A stretch of DNA of 63,008 nucleotides, the filler included. It is 11 parts of 11 records of this genome, joined end to end, with 100 filler letters (N's around TTAATTAATTAA, not from the genome) between each part and the next. Parts side by side here need not be neighbours in the genome. Positions count along the whole stretch, not along the records: positions 7,219 to 13,789 come from SRR7504441_10160; positions 13,890 to 19,436 come from SRR7504441_10167; positions 19,537 to 26,272 come from SRR7504441_10170; 8 more parts are not named here. The stretch is one strand, 5' to 3'. Numbering within the stretch: position 1 is the first letter of the stretch; each line of letters opens with the position of its first letter. The translations under genes were made by a program, and so were the position numbers. Below are positions 12,105 through 22,487 of the stretch, in pieces. The notes beneath the pieces were generated by a model, which was given only the letters and a program-made list of their open reading frames with translations, made no database searches and was not told the DNA's origin.

Positions 12105-13667
12105 TCAGACAACCACCTGGTGGGTGTCGCTCGCGTTGCGAGGTGGTGTCACAAACTGGTTGCCTTGTGCCCCGGACCAGTCAGGCCGCAAGAACACCAC
12201 CGGACGAGCCTCGCCATCGACCACTTCCAGGTCAAAGCAGATCGGCGGGTTGGTTGGTCTGTACTGCTCGGTGCACGTGCTCGCATTCACAAAACTGGTG
12301 GTGCCGTCCGTGCTCACACCATACCTTAGCCGTCCGTTAGTTCAGCCGGAGCCGCTCAGTCACCCCGAATGAATGTGTCCAAAGACATGAGCCACCGGCC
12401 TCACCCTGCCAGCGGTGACCCAAACTATCCGTGCCAGGCACCGGGTCTGGACCTCTGCCAGCATGTCCGCGCAGCCCACATTGCCGCCCGTGCACAGGTC
12501 CCCAAACCCTTCCACAACATTATCAATTAAATCAACTCCCCAAGCCACAGACCGAGCGGAGGCCCGTGCGTCACCAGCACGTCCGTATCGGTCGGCACTT
12601 GGCCGGCCTTGGCCCTGTCCCGGCCGGTGAGCCCGTCCGGCTCCAACGGACTTGGTGGCCGGGCCTCTCTCCAGATTGAACGCCCAGTCACAGAACTCAG
12701 GCTGGTAGGGAGAGCCCCACACTGTGACCTGATCGGCGCTCAACGGCATAGACGGACTGGGCGCACGGTGCCGTCGCCGCACGGCAGCTCGACCGCTTGA
12801 TCTTCTAAGTAGACCTATCACCGACCGTCAGAGCCTGGTGATACCGACTCTACACACAATACTCTCGTGTTCTGAAAGCACTCGCTTGGTCGCGCAGGCG
12901 TCCTCCTGCTGCCCTGGATCCCGTTAGGCTGCCGCCGCCCGGGCGAGCACCGCGGTGGAACCTGGCCGCCCCCCGGTCGCGGTAGTACTCGTTATCAAAC
13001 GTGACATCGTGGTTCCCGGCAATCACGACCTTCCAGCTGCGCGCCGCTCACGGATATAAATAGCACAGGCACCGGTGCGGGAGCTCGGCCAACCAGGCGG
13101 CCAGATCCTCCACCTGCCAACGGCTGGACCAACGGCAATCAACGGACTCGGCCTGCGCGCGCTCGCCGGTGTTGCTGAAGTCCCCCGAGTGTATGAGCAC
13201 GTCTCCCGACGGCACCGGCGCCATCTCCCGGTGTCTGCCCCCCCATCGCCCCCGCCCGGCCCCGCCCGGGCACAGGCCGTGAGTGTCCGACACACAGACG
13301 AATCGGAGCGCGTGATCAGGCTTGACGTACCTACCGCTGGCTCCGGCCGGTCGGGCAGGCGAGCCACCCGTCGGCCGGAGCCTCGAGCAGGCCGTCTGTC
13401 CGGGGGAGCAGCACTGGTCCCTCGGGCGCCAGCAGCTCGAGCAGCTCGCCTGCCGCTCGGTGTGAACCTGCTCAGAGCCTCGGTGTGAACCAGCAACATC
13501 GTCCAGCTCCCGCCCGTCATCCAGCACCTGCTGTCGGCTCTCAAGTGGCCAGGCGGGGGGCGGACCAGGTCGTAGCTGTTGCGCTCGGGGTCGGCCAGCG
13601 CCACCATCCCGGTCAGCCGCCCGCCGCCCGCCACCATACCGACCCGGCTCCCGGGCTCGAACGCCAT
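12105..13667 (-). CDS. Calcineurin-like metallophosphoesterase, MPPED1/2 (239FB)-like, multi-exon
   Basis: Motifs RFVCVSDTH, GDVLIHSGDFSN, IAGNHD, WGSPYQPEFCDWAFNL, HVFGHIHSGYG and FVNASTC are spread over short exons. Confidence 0.85.
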
Positions 13668-13789
13668 GGTGGCTGATGAGCACTTTCCAATCAAGGGAAC
13701 CTGAAGCCATGATTTAGCCCATGAAGCCAGTTGTTGTAGGCGATTGATGATGCGTATGAGGGTGTACTGAACCGACAGGCCACTTTGGG

Positions 13790-13889
13790 NNNNNNNNNNN
13801 NNNNNNNNNNNNNNNNNNNNNNNNNNNNNNNNNTTAATTAATTAANNNNNNNNNNNNNNNNNNNNNNNNNNNNNNNNNNNNNNNNNNNN
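13790..13889. other. Artificial contig spacer
   Basis: 44N-TTAATTAATTAA-44N. Confidence 0.98.
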
Positions 13890-13998
13890 CAGAAGGTCAG
13901 AGCTCAATTCCAGCCTTGTATAGTAACAGAGTCTCAAGTCACCGTCACCGAGGGCTTGGGTGGCGGAAAACGTTCCAAGGAGGTTGCGTGGCTCAAGG

Positions 13999-16377
13999 AT
14001 GCGGGGCGAGCCGCCGCCCTCGATGGGCGAGACCGAGCTGGTCGCGCTGGAGCCGCGGCCGGCCCGGCTCACCCGGCACTCGAGCCCGGGGGAGGCGCAG
14101 GGGCGAGGCTGCTGGGGCTGGCTGGGCGGCGGGCCGCACAAGTCTGTGCAGCACACGCTGGTGAACTCGGCGGTCGGGCTGGCCACCGCTGTGGGCTGGA
14201 TCCTGGTCGAAGTGCTCCACCGGCAGGATAAAGGCGTCCACTGGCAGTGTGAGCCGACCAGCCTGAACCGGTGGGAGAGGTGCCAGTTACGCGGGGGGGA
14301 GACCAGCCGCTGCCTGGGGCTGTGGGATAGAGTGGACACAGTGATGCTCGGGTGCATCAGCCTGTCCGAGCTGGTCGAGGGCTGCGCCAGCCTGGGCTGG
14401 CTGGTCTTTCTCTCGTGGGTGCTGTTCTTTGCCAGCGGGGGCCGAGAGGATCAGTCCGGAGCCGCCAGCTCTCGCGCCTTCCTGCTGACGCTCCTCTCGG
14501 CCTACTGCATGGCCAGTGCGGTAAATGACTGGTCCTCTTCGAGCTCAGGGCTGGGTGAGATCTTGATACGGATGTTCAGATTTTATCTGTACGGGTTCTG
14601 TCTTTTCATCCTGGCGACGAGGAACCCGACCCATCAGACGATCGGGCGGGCCTCGCGGCTGGCCCAGATAGTCGGGCTGCTGGTGGGCCCGATCCAGCTG
14701 CTGTTCAACCACCAGGCGGGGCTGGCCAAATCCCTGTACGGTGGCACCACCCACGGCACAATAAACCACGCAATCGTCGGGCACGCGCTGCTGACTGCCG
14801 AGCTGATCGCTCTCCTGTCCATCTTCTGGTTCAGGTCGGGCAAGCTACCCTCGGCCCCGCGCTGCTCGCACGTTGTGGCGGCGCTGGGCGGGGCGACAGC
14901 CGGGCCGGATTCCGTCAACTGGTCTTCAGGGTTTTGTACAGTGATAGTGGTCGCGCTGGCGGCGATCTCACACGTGCTGGACATCTTGGCGCTGGCTCTG
15001 CTGTCAGCGGACACACTCCGCCAACTGCCTTACAGCACGCTCTGCCAGGCGACCACACTGCTCGAATTGATCGTCCGGAGGCAAGAGTACTGTCGACAGC
15101 TGGACGATTCGCTCCTTGCAGGCCAAGGCCGGAGAGACCAGCTGTACGGCTTAAGTTGCGCGGCCGGTTGGGTTGTGTTTGCGGAGCATTTGCTGGTGGT
15201 GCCGATGCTGCTATTCGACTTGTTGATGCACCGCTATTACTGGAACATCGCGACCCGCCGGGCGGTTGCGGCTGCGTTTGGCGATCAGCCATACGGTTTG
15301 TACATAATTGACCCGGAAGAGCTGATAGAAGACGAGCTGATCGGCGCTGGGGCCGAGTCCGCCGTGTATAAAGCTTTCTCGAGCAGGCTGCGCGGTCCGG
15401 ACTCAGACGAGCAGGCGTGCGTTGCTAAGAAGCCGCACGGGGACGGCGAGAAGGGGTTGGCCAGCGTGCTGCAGGAGGCGCGAGTGCTGGCCTACATCAC
15501 CGACAAAGGGCTATCCTACGCTGGACGCACCCACATTGTGCAGTTCTACGGCTTCTGTGCCACCTTCCCTAAGGTAGCTGTGGTGCTGCAGTACTGCGCA
15601 GGCGGCGACCTACTCAAGCGGCTGCTCTCGATGTACATGAGCGCCGACGACGACCCCGCAGCCGCCCGGGCCAGCCTGACCCAGCGGATAGAGTGGGCGC
15701 TCCAAGTGGCTCGCGGGCTTGAGTACCTGCACTCGTGCCGAGTGGCGCACATGGACATTAAAGCCCAGAACGTGCTGCTGGATGACGGTGGGCTGGCCTA
15801 CCTTGCAGACTTTGGCGTGTCCGTCATTCGGGAGGAGCCGGACCGCAGCAGCTACCTCCAGGCCAACATGGGCACGGCGGCGTTCCAGGCGCCCGAGGTC
15901 AAGGCTGAGCACAGCGACTCTGTGCTCAATCCGCTGGTCAAGTACGACCCTTTCCGCGCCGACGTGTACTCGTTCGGGTTTGTTTTGTACGTCTGCCTGA
16001 CCTTCCAGTTAGAGCCTTGCCAGTGCTCGGTGGACCAAGCTACTAACATGATTGAGTACGGCACAGAGTTGTCGCGCGACGATGCGACGGGTGCGCTAAT
16101 GCTCGCGCCGGAGGAGCTTGGGCACTTGGGGCGGCTGTACGGGCCGGAAGTCTGCCAAGCTCTGTTCGGGTTGATGCGCGAGACGTGGCTGCAGAGTCCG
16201 GAGGAGAGGCCAACCGCTGTGCGCTGTGTGCAGGTGCTGGAGGAGTGGAGCCGGCGACACGGCGCTGGGCAAAAGGGGCTTGCAGTGGACGAGTTGGGTC
16301 ATGATGGACACACGCCAGGTAGCGGGCTAGTTGTAGTAGAAGAGAACCCGATCAAGGATGAAGGCCTAAGGGTGTGA
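13999..16377 (+). CDS. Multi-pass membrane protein fused to a C-terminal TKL-type protein kinase (non-RD), apparently intronless
   Basis: About 8-10 hydrophobic segments are followed by kinase motifs IGAGAESAVY, VAKK, QEARVL, HMDIKAQNVLL, DFG, GTAAFQAPE and DVYSFG. Confidence 0.85.
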   Translation: MRGEPPPSMGETELVALEPRPARLTRHSSPGEAQGRGCWGWLGGGPHKSVQHTLVNSAVGLATAVGWILVEVLHRQDKGVHWQCEPTSLNRWERCQLRGGETSRCLGLWDRVDTVMLGCISLSELVEGCASLGWLVFLSWVLFFASGGREDQSGAASSRAFLLTLLSAYCMASAVNDWSSSSSGLGEILIRMFRFYLYGFCLFILATRNPTHQTIGRASRLAQIVGLLVGPIQLLFNHQAGLAKSLYGGTTHGTINHAIVGHALLTAELIALLSIFWFRSGKLPSAPRCSHVVAALGGATAGPDSVNWSSGFCTVIVVALAAISHVLDILALALLSADTLRQLPYSTLCQATTLLELIVRRQEYCRQLDDSLLAGQGRRDQLYGLSCAAGWVVFAEHLLVVPMLLFDLLMHRYYWNIATRRAVAAAFGDQPYGLYIIDPEELIEDELIGAGAESAVYKAFSSRLRGPDSDEQACVAKKPHGDGEKGLASVLQEARVLAYITDKGLSYAGRTHIVQFYGFCATFPKVAVVLQYCAGGDLLKRLLSMYMSADDDPAAARASLTQRIEWALQVARGLEYLHSCRVAHMDIKAQNVLLDDGGLAYLADFGVSVIREEPDRSSYLQANMGTAAFQAPEVKAEHSDSVLNPLVKYDPFRADVYSFGFVLYVCLTFQLEPCQCSVDQATNMIEYGTELSRDDATGALMLAPEELGHLGRLYGPEVCQALFGLMRETWLQSPEERPTAVRCVQVLEEWSRRHGAGQKGLAVDELGHDGHTPGSGLVVVEENPIKDEGLRV

Positions 16378-16418
16378 CTCTAGCGTTACTAGCAAGTATA
16401 TTAAAGTTCTTGTTCACA

Positions 16419-17472
16419 CTACGTGTTCCGCAGCTCCGGCAGCAGTGGAACTGACGGCATCAACTCACTGACTGAGAGCCGGTGGAGATTTCCAGTCTGA
16501 TGATCGTGCACCAATACACCAACCGCGCCCCATCCGTGCTCGGCCAGGTAAGCGCGCCCGGGGGCAAACGGCGCGTGGCACAGCCCGAATTGATCGACCA
16601 TGCATATCAGATCAGGCACTTGCCCACTAGCCGCCCGCCTCGCCTGCCCGCCACGATCACGCTTGTGACTAGGTGTGCGCACCTCCATTGCGGGCGCCAG
16701 CTGGCAAATAGGGTCTAGAGAGCAGCCATACTCGAGCGCCTTCCGCTGGGCCGCGCTCGCCGTCTGGCCGGCGCTGTAAATGCAGGCTGCCCCGAATGAG
16801 ACAGGATGGAGCTCGGTCCGGTCGTCGGCTGCGGAAGCCTTGAGCGCAAGACCGAGCACCTGAGCTTCGGGCGAGCCGTCCAGCGGCGGCTGCACCCTGG
16901 CTGCGAGCTCCTTCCCCGCCGCGAGCTGATCGGGGCTCGAGCGCTGGGTGTATATCGATTGGTGTGGCCAGAGCAGCTCTAGTGTGCTCTCACTCACCCG
17001 CCCACCGGCACCCTGCATCACCACGGGTGTGCGTCTCGGGGCGTGCGCCAGCATGAACTCACGACAGAGTGCCCCCGGGCTGATTGGCTCGTCGGCGTCG
17101 CTCACCAGATAGACGCATTCCACCTCGGCGCCGTCAGGCAGCTGCAGGAAGGCCGACCGCTCGGCGCAGCACGAATTGAGCTGCCCCGACCAGTCAGGCC
17201 CGAGCCCGGGCCAGCGGGCGGACCAAGCAGCAGGCCTCGCCGTTGTGCCCCGCCAGCCACCGCCGCCGCCCACCGGGCGCGCGGAAGACCACCACGGCGC
17301 AAACACGGAACTTTGACTGTCCGGGCGGGACCCGGCCGGCCAGCAGTCGCTGGGCCAGCGCCAGCCAGCCCGACTGATCTGACGGGCAGCGCGGACCGGA
17401 CCACCACCGGAAAGCAAGCGCGCCCACCAGCCCGCCCGCGGTAGCCGCGAACGCTGCTTCGCGCCAGCGCAT
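16419..17472 (-). CDS. Two-domain cytidine deaminase-like protein
   Basis: SKFRVCAVV...GHNGE | NSCCAERSAF...ISPGALCREFM after removing a short GT-AG intron. A second degenerate domain follows (HPVSFGAA, ALEYGCSLDP, HAPFAPGRAYL). Confidence 0.75.
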
Positions 17473-17745
17473 GCCGTGTCTGCGCCCGACGATCAATTTT
17501 CTTTTTATCCTTGACAAGCTAATAAGGTCGCTGGGTCTGGCATTCGGGCTTCATTAGATCAACTTGACCTCGGGATTCATTCTAAACGATTCTAAATCGT
17601 ACATGTACGTTACTTTATACTCCTATTCTTATCATATTCTAGATAGTTTATTCAAAAGTGTTGAGCATTATTACCTGTTATTATGAGCACTAGTGACCCC
17701 CGGTCTTATCATGAGCTTGTGGCCGAGTGGCTATCCAGCCATCAA

Positions 17746-18642
17746 TCATGCCCCCGCCGCGCACTCGCTACTAATTGCCAATTGCTCGGACTGGTTGCTA
17801 TGGCTGCGAGGAGCTTCCCGGGCTGGCCAGTTCCCTGCTGGTCTGGCGAGCTTGGCCGGAGTGCGTGTGCTCAGGCTCTGCGCGGCGCTGTCGTTCGCAG
17901 CCCCTCGGACAGGCCGGGGCGGTGTCTGTGGACAGCCCCCGGGCGACTGCGGCTCCAGCCGGCGCTTGCCGCTCGTGGCTTGGCTTGAATCAAGCTGCGA
18001 AGTCTCCTCGGAGAGGCCATACTGCCGGAAAGCCGCGGCAGCCGCCTTGTACTCGGGCTCCGGGACGAAGAGCTTGAATTGGATCATGTTGAGGAAGTAG
18101 ACCTCCAGCCGGTGGAGTTCCTTCAGGCTGATCCCACCTATCTGGCTGTAGCACTCGTTTGTCAGGTGGTAGTCCTCCACAAACTTGCAAGCCACCGTGG
18201 CGGCGGTCATCAGCAGCCGGTGGACGGTCCGCGAGGTGACCCGGATCCGCGGGTGGGCCTTGAGCAGCCGGTCCATGTAGATCACCGCGGCCACCAGCAC
18301 GCCCTTGGAGCACCGGGAGTAGGTGGCGATCCGCTTGACGTAATCCATCACGCTGATCGCGGGGGCCTCCTGCGCGTGGAAGTAGGTGACCTTGTCGTCG
18401 GCCGGGAGCTTTTCATGGTTGGCCACGGTCCCGGTGAGCCAGCCGCCGATCAGCAGGGCGAGCTCGTCCTTGTCGAGCCCCTCGAGCGGGTCACCCTCGT
18501 CCGTGAGCAGCTGGGCCGGCGGGGGCAGGACGTTCCATCCCGAGCTGATCGGCTCTGGGCACTCGGAGCTGCACGGCCGGTCCCCGGTTGCCGCCTTTGT
18601 CGTCGCCTCGCGCGTCTCAGTGCTCCAAACGCGTCCGTCCAT
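17746..18642 (-). CDS. Cyclin U / PHO80-family cyclin
   Basis: FHAQEAPAISVMDYVKRI, AVIYMDRL, HRLLMTAATVACKFVED...NECYSQIGGISLKELHRLEVYFL. Confidence 0.9.
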   Translation of the reverse strand: MDGRVWSTETREATTKAATGDRPCSSECPEPISSGWNVLPPPAQLLTDEGDPLEGLDKDELALLIGGWLTGTVANHEKLPADDKVTYFHAQEAPAISVMDYVKRIATYSRCSKGVLVAAVIYMDRLLKAHPRIRVTSRTVHRLLMTAATVACKFVEDYHLTNECYSQIGGISLKELHRLEVYFLNMIQFKLFVPEPEYKAAAAAFRQYGLSEETSQLDSSQATSGKRRLEPQSPGGCPQTPPRPVRGAANDSAAQSLSTRTPAKLARPAGNWPAREAPRSHSNQSEQLAISSECAAGA

Positions 18643-18954
18643 GATGCTTCGTTCGAGGCTCTGGCTGAAGATTTGAAGTGGAGTGAGGATTTGAGAGTTG
18701 AGTGGCTTTTGGCGGGGAAGTCCGTTGCAGTTGCATCTCGCGACCAACCCTGAATCTCTCGCGGGCGATTCCACTTCGCCACTTGTAACTATTAAATTAC
18801 TTGGGACAGAGAGTGCTAAGAAGAGGGGGAAGGGCAACAATCTGATACATGTAATCAGTTATCTATAATAACAGCGGGGCGACGGCCTTTATTCGGCGCT
18901 CACTCCTTCTCAACGTTATTCTAGTCAAAAAGGGGGGCGATTTACTCCACACAA

Positions 18955-19299
18955 TCAACAATTTGGGGTATGGGGTTCAGAGCTCCAGATCTGGGTAATA
19001 ACTTCCTCAGCTTCCTCGAACATGCGCCCAGATACGACCAGATCCGCCACCTGCCAATCGGAGCCGACCATGCCATGGCACAGGCGCGCCGCATCCTCCA
19101 GCCTTGGCACTTCCCTCCTGCACAGCTCCAGAATCTGGTGCCTCAGCTGCGCTGCCTCCCCTGGCTCCACGCCCCACTCCGTCAGCATGCGATCCCAGCC
19201 AACTCCCATCATCCCTCGGTATACCATCTGCCTAGACTCCTCACCCTTGTCGCTCTCAGTTTCCCCACCGTCGCTCTCCTCTTCGGTCGCAGACTCCAA
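18955..19299 (-). other. Short isolated ORF fragment, possibly retroelement-derived debris
   Basis: A 114-codon ORF with no ATG start sits in AT-rich flanks at a contig end. It has only a vague resemblance to C-termini of non-LTR ORF2 proteins, and no RT motif is seen. Confidence 0.2.
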
Positions 19300-19436
19300 G
19301 GACTCGCGACTCTCAGCGCTGCGGTTACCCCTGAAAAATTTAAAACAAGTGCCGAAATAGGTGTTAGATTACTTAGAATAATAATCTAGGTTACCTAGAA
19401 TAGAAACACAGTATATATCGTTTATTCAAACTCGGG

Positions 19437-19536
19437 NNNNNNNNNNNNNNNNNNNNNNNNNNNNNNNNNNNNNNNNNNNNTTAATTAATTAANNNNNNNN
19501 NNNNNNNNNNNNNNNNNNNNNNNNNNNNNNNNNNNN
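19437..19536. other. Artificial contig spacer
   Basis: 44N-TTAATTAATTAA-44N. Confidence 0.98.
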
Positions 19537-19779
19537 CCCCCCCCCCCGGTGTGACGTTGGCCACTCAGCATTTTTTTCTCCAGGCCAATCTTGATCTGAA
19601 CTGAAGTTCAGGACGCTCAGGATTACTAGGGATCCCTAAGGGCCCGCCCCGGTGGTTTTCAGAACCTCAAATTATCGCGCGCATAATTGGTCGACGATCA
19701 CCTACTAATGATATCATTATTGTCTATCTGTTCTCTATCTGTTGTCTCTCATCATGATTTTGTGCGATTGCCTAAAATC

Positions 19780-21059
19780 TCAGTACTTGGCGCTTACGTT
19801 CTCACGTGTTGCTCACGTGGTTCTCACACGCATCCTTCTTTTTGGCCTTGAGCCGGGCAATCTCTGCTCGGGCGGCCTCCAGTTCCTTGGACACTTTGAG
19901 TCTCTCGATCTCCTTCTTGGCTTCCTCCAGCTCGCGCCTCATCGCCTCCATCTCGCTGCTGCTCCCGCCGTCCTGAGCCACCGCACTCACATTCTTGGCC
20001 GGCTGCACGCGGGCCGCCGGCTGGCCGCCGCTCAGCTCGTGTACCAGACCGCTCAGCGCGGCCCCCACCTGCCGGGCCGATCAACCGGCGGCAGCTGCGG
20101 GCGGTGCCTCCGACTTGCGTTCCTCAGTCTGGCCGCGCGCGTCAAGGTCCATCATGTACTTGTCCAGGTCCCGGCTGCCCGACACCAGCGCGATCGCCCC
20201 CAGTATGACGTCCACCACCGCCTGCCCGCCGTTGGACCGGACCGACCGAGCAGGCGCCTTGGGGTCATTCAGCTCAAAGATGTGCTCGCCGCCGATCACC
20301 GACTCCCACTTGGCCCGGAGGAACTGGTCGAGCTCGCTGTCAAAGAACGGCCGGTGCAGCAGGAACACGTGGAACTTTTTCCTGAGCTCAGCGAACAGCT
20401 GCTCCGAAGGGATGTTCCCGCACCCAGCATCTGCAGGGTCAATGTAGCCGGCGATGTACTCCTCGAGCACCATGGGGTAAAACCCCTCGTCCCCGGTGAA
20501 GAACAGGAACGGCTTGCCCACGTTACCATCGAACAGCATCTTGCGCGCGAAGAAGTACCCAGCCAGCTGCCCCCGGCTCGGCCCGAGCTGCGGGTTCGAG
20601 CACCTCGTACGTCTCGTGATTCTGGCCGCCGCCGCCGCCCTCCAGCCAGAGCTTGGACACCCAGCGGTCCAGCGCAGCGCCCTGGGCGAACTCGCACACC
20701 TGGAGCGGAGCCTCGTCCGAATTGGCGTCTCCGACGGCCGCAAAGCAGATGGCTGGGTCCGGGAGGTAGCCCTGGAGCATGAGCTGGCCGAAGAGCATGG
20801 GCAGCTTGTCATAGATCACTTTGCTCCAGTTGCCCATCGAGCCGGTAACGTCCAGGGCCACAACGATCGGCGACTGGTGCCGGCAGATCACCTGTCTGTT
20901 CAGCGGGTCCACGTCCGGGTGCAGCCCTTGCTGGACCAGCGCCTCGGCCGCCACCGCCGAGAACGCGTAGCCCGAGCCTTGCGGGGCCACTGCCGCCGCC
21001 GCAGTCACTGTCCGCTCCGGGACCGAGTCGTCTTCGGGCTCATAGTACCCGCCTCCCAT
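19780..21059 (-). CDS. vWA (MIDAS) domain protein with short C-terminal coiled coil
   Basis: IVVALDVTGSMG, FAAVGDA, LWLEGGGGGQNHETYE and FLFFTGDE are joined by short introns. The 3' end may instead be 19802. Confidence 0.8.
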
Positions 21060-21354
21060 TGCCGGTACGCGGTGGAAACGGACTCGCAAGGTTGTCTCTG
21101 CCAAAGATGGCCATGCACCGGATGGCGGGCGATTTTCGGGAGCATCTCGCGCCCCAAGTCGGGCCGGGGACCCCGGGGCCAGCGGGACCACGGCATCGGA
21201 TGGCCGGGGACTTCAGAATGCCTGCCCTCCCGCCACAGCCAGCTGGGCGCGCCGGCTCGACTGGGTGGGTTCCCCGGCAGTGGCCGGCCGAGCCAGGGGC
21301 AGCCGCTCAGACGGATTCAGTCCGGTCAAGTTCTCAGGGACCGGAGTCGAGCTG

Positions 21355-22119
21355 ATGGGCGTCGCGCAGCTCAAGCTCTTCAAGCGCGCGCTCGAACTCG
21401 GGGACATGCAGCGGCACGGGCTGCGGCCCTCCTCCTCCACCGACCCCAGCCGGTACCCGCCCGGGCTAGGCCGGCGCTCAGGCCCAGCGCAGCTCGTGCT
21501 TCGATGGCACCGAGGCTGGGTACAAGAATCAAGCCAGAAGGCGCCGCCACAAGCGGAAACATGCGGCCGATGGGTCGCAGCGTTTGACCTGCTGGGTGAG
21601 AGACTGCGCCCGCATGTCAGGCCTAGCGTGTTGCGCAGGGCTCGTCGGTGCCTAACGTGCAACTGGACAACTACCGCAAGCCAGGCATGCACCCCTGCGC
21701 CGTCTCCTTACTCTGCGGGTCAGATCCGTCCGAAATTCCTAGCTGGAGCACAGCGAATCGCACCACAACGAACACGGGCCCGTGCTTTGATCCGAGATAC
21801 GCCCCCACCGGGCCGGCTTCTGCTAAAGCTGTGATGAAGATGGGTGTGTATCCTGGTGCTGCCGAGCCACGCGTGCGCAACTGACTGTATCATGCTGTTC
21901 ACAGCAAAACCACAATCAATGAATCATACGGAATTCATGTGGAAGCCGCAACAGTTTCATCTCAAGAGCAAGGAGGCCCGACGGACCAAGATCGAAGATA
22001 GCATCGTGGACTACTGCGATGGGTGCTGCTTTAATAAGGTGGGCTACTACAACACCGGCGGCTACGCACACGACTACCGCCCGGATATTGCCCGTGTCTG
22101 GCCGTGGCTGACCGGATAG
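21355..22119 (+). CDS. Hypothetical multi-exon protein
   Basis: ATG divergent from the vWA gene. Short exons are bounded by GT/GC...CAG, and the last exon reads KPQSMNHTEFMWKPQ...WPWLTG*. Confidence 0.45.
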
Positions 22120-22487
22120 CATGCATATAAAGCAACTCAAGTCGTTAATTAAACGGTTAAGCTCTGTGCGTTAGGAACACCAAATTGACACACAAAATTT
22201 AAGGCCGTAGGGTCATGGCCACCTTCACAGTAGCTTAGTTTATCAAGTGCTTAAGGTCAATAATAACGATAATAATTATTATCATCCGCATCCGGCAGTG
22301 CTGGCGGGTGACTGGCGGGTGTTTCTAAGAGGCAACAGTTCTCTAAATGATAGTATCTTCATTCATTCAAACTGCAACTTTAGTGCTACTACTCTAAGTC
22401 TTGCCGGACCACTCAGTGCCAGTGAAACTTCTTGGCTACTATTAAGCAGAACTTTAGCTACATGTATGAGCTCTTGCAAAGAGTCGA

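Noticed and set aside
18955-19299. Intact retrotransposon
   Set aside because: No RT, endonuclease, LTR or TSD is visible. It is kept only as a low-confidence fragment.
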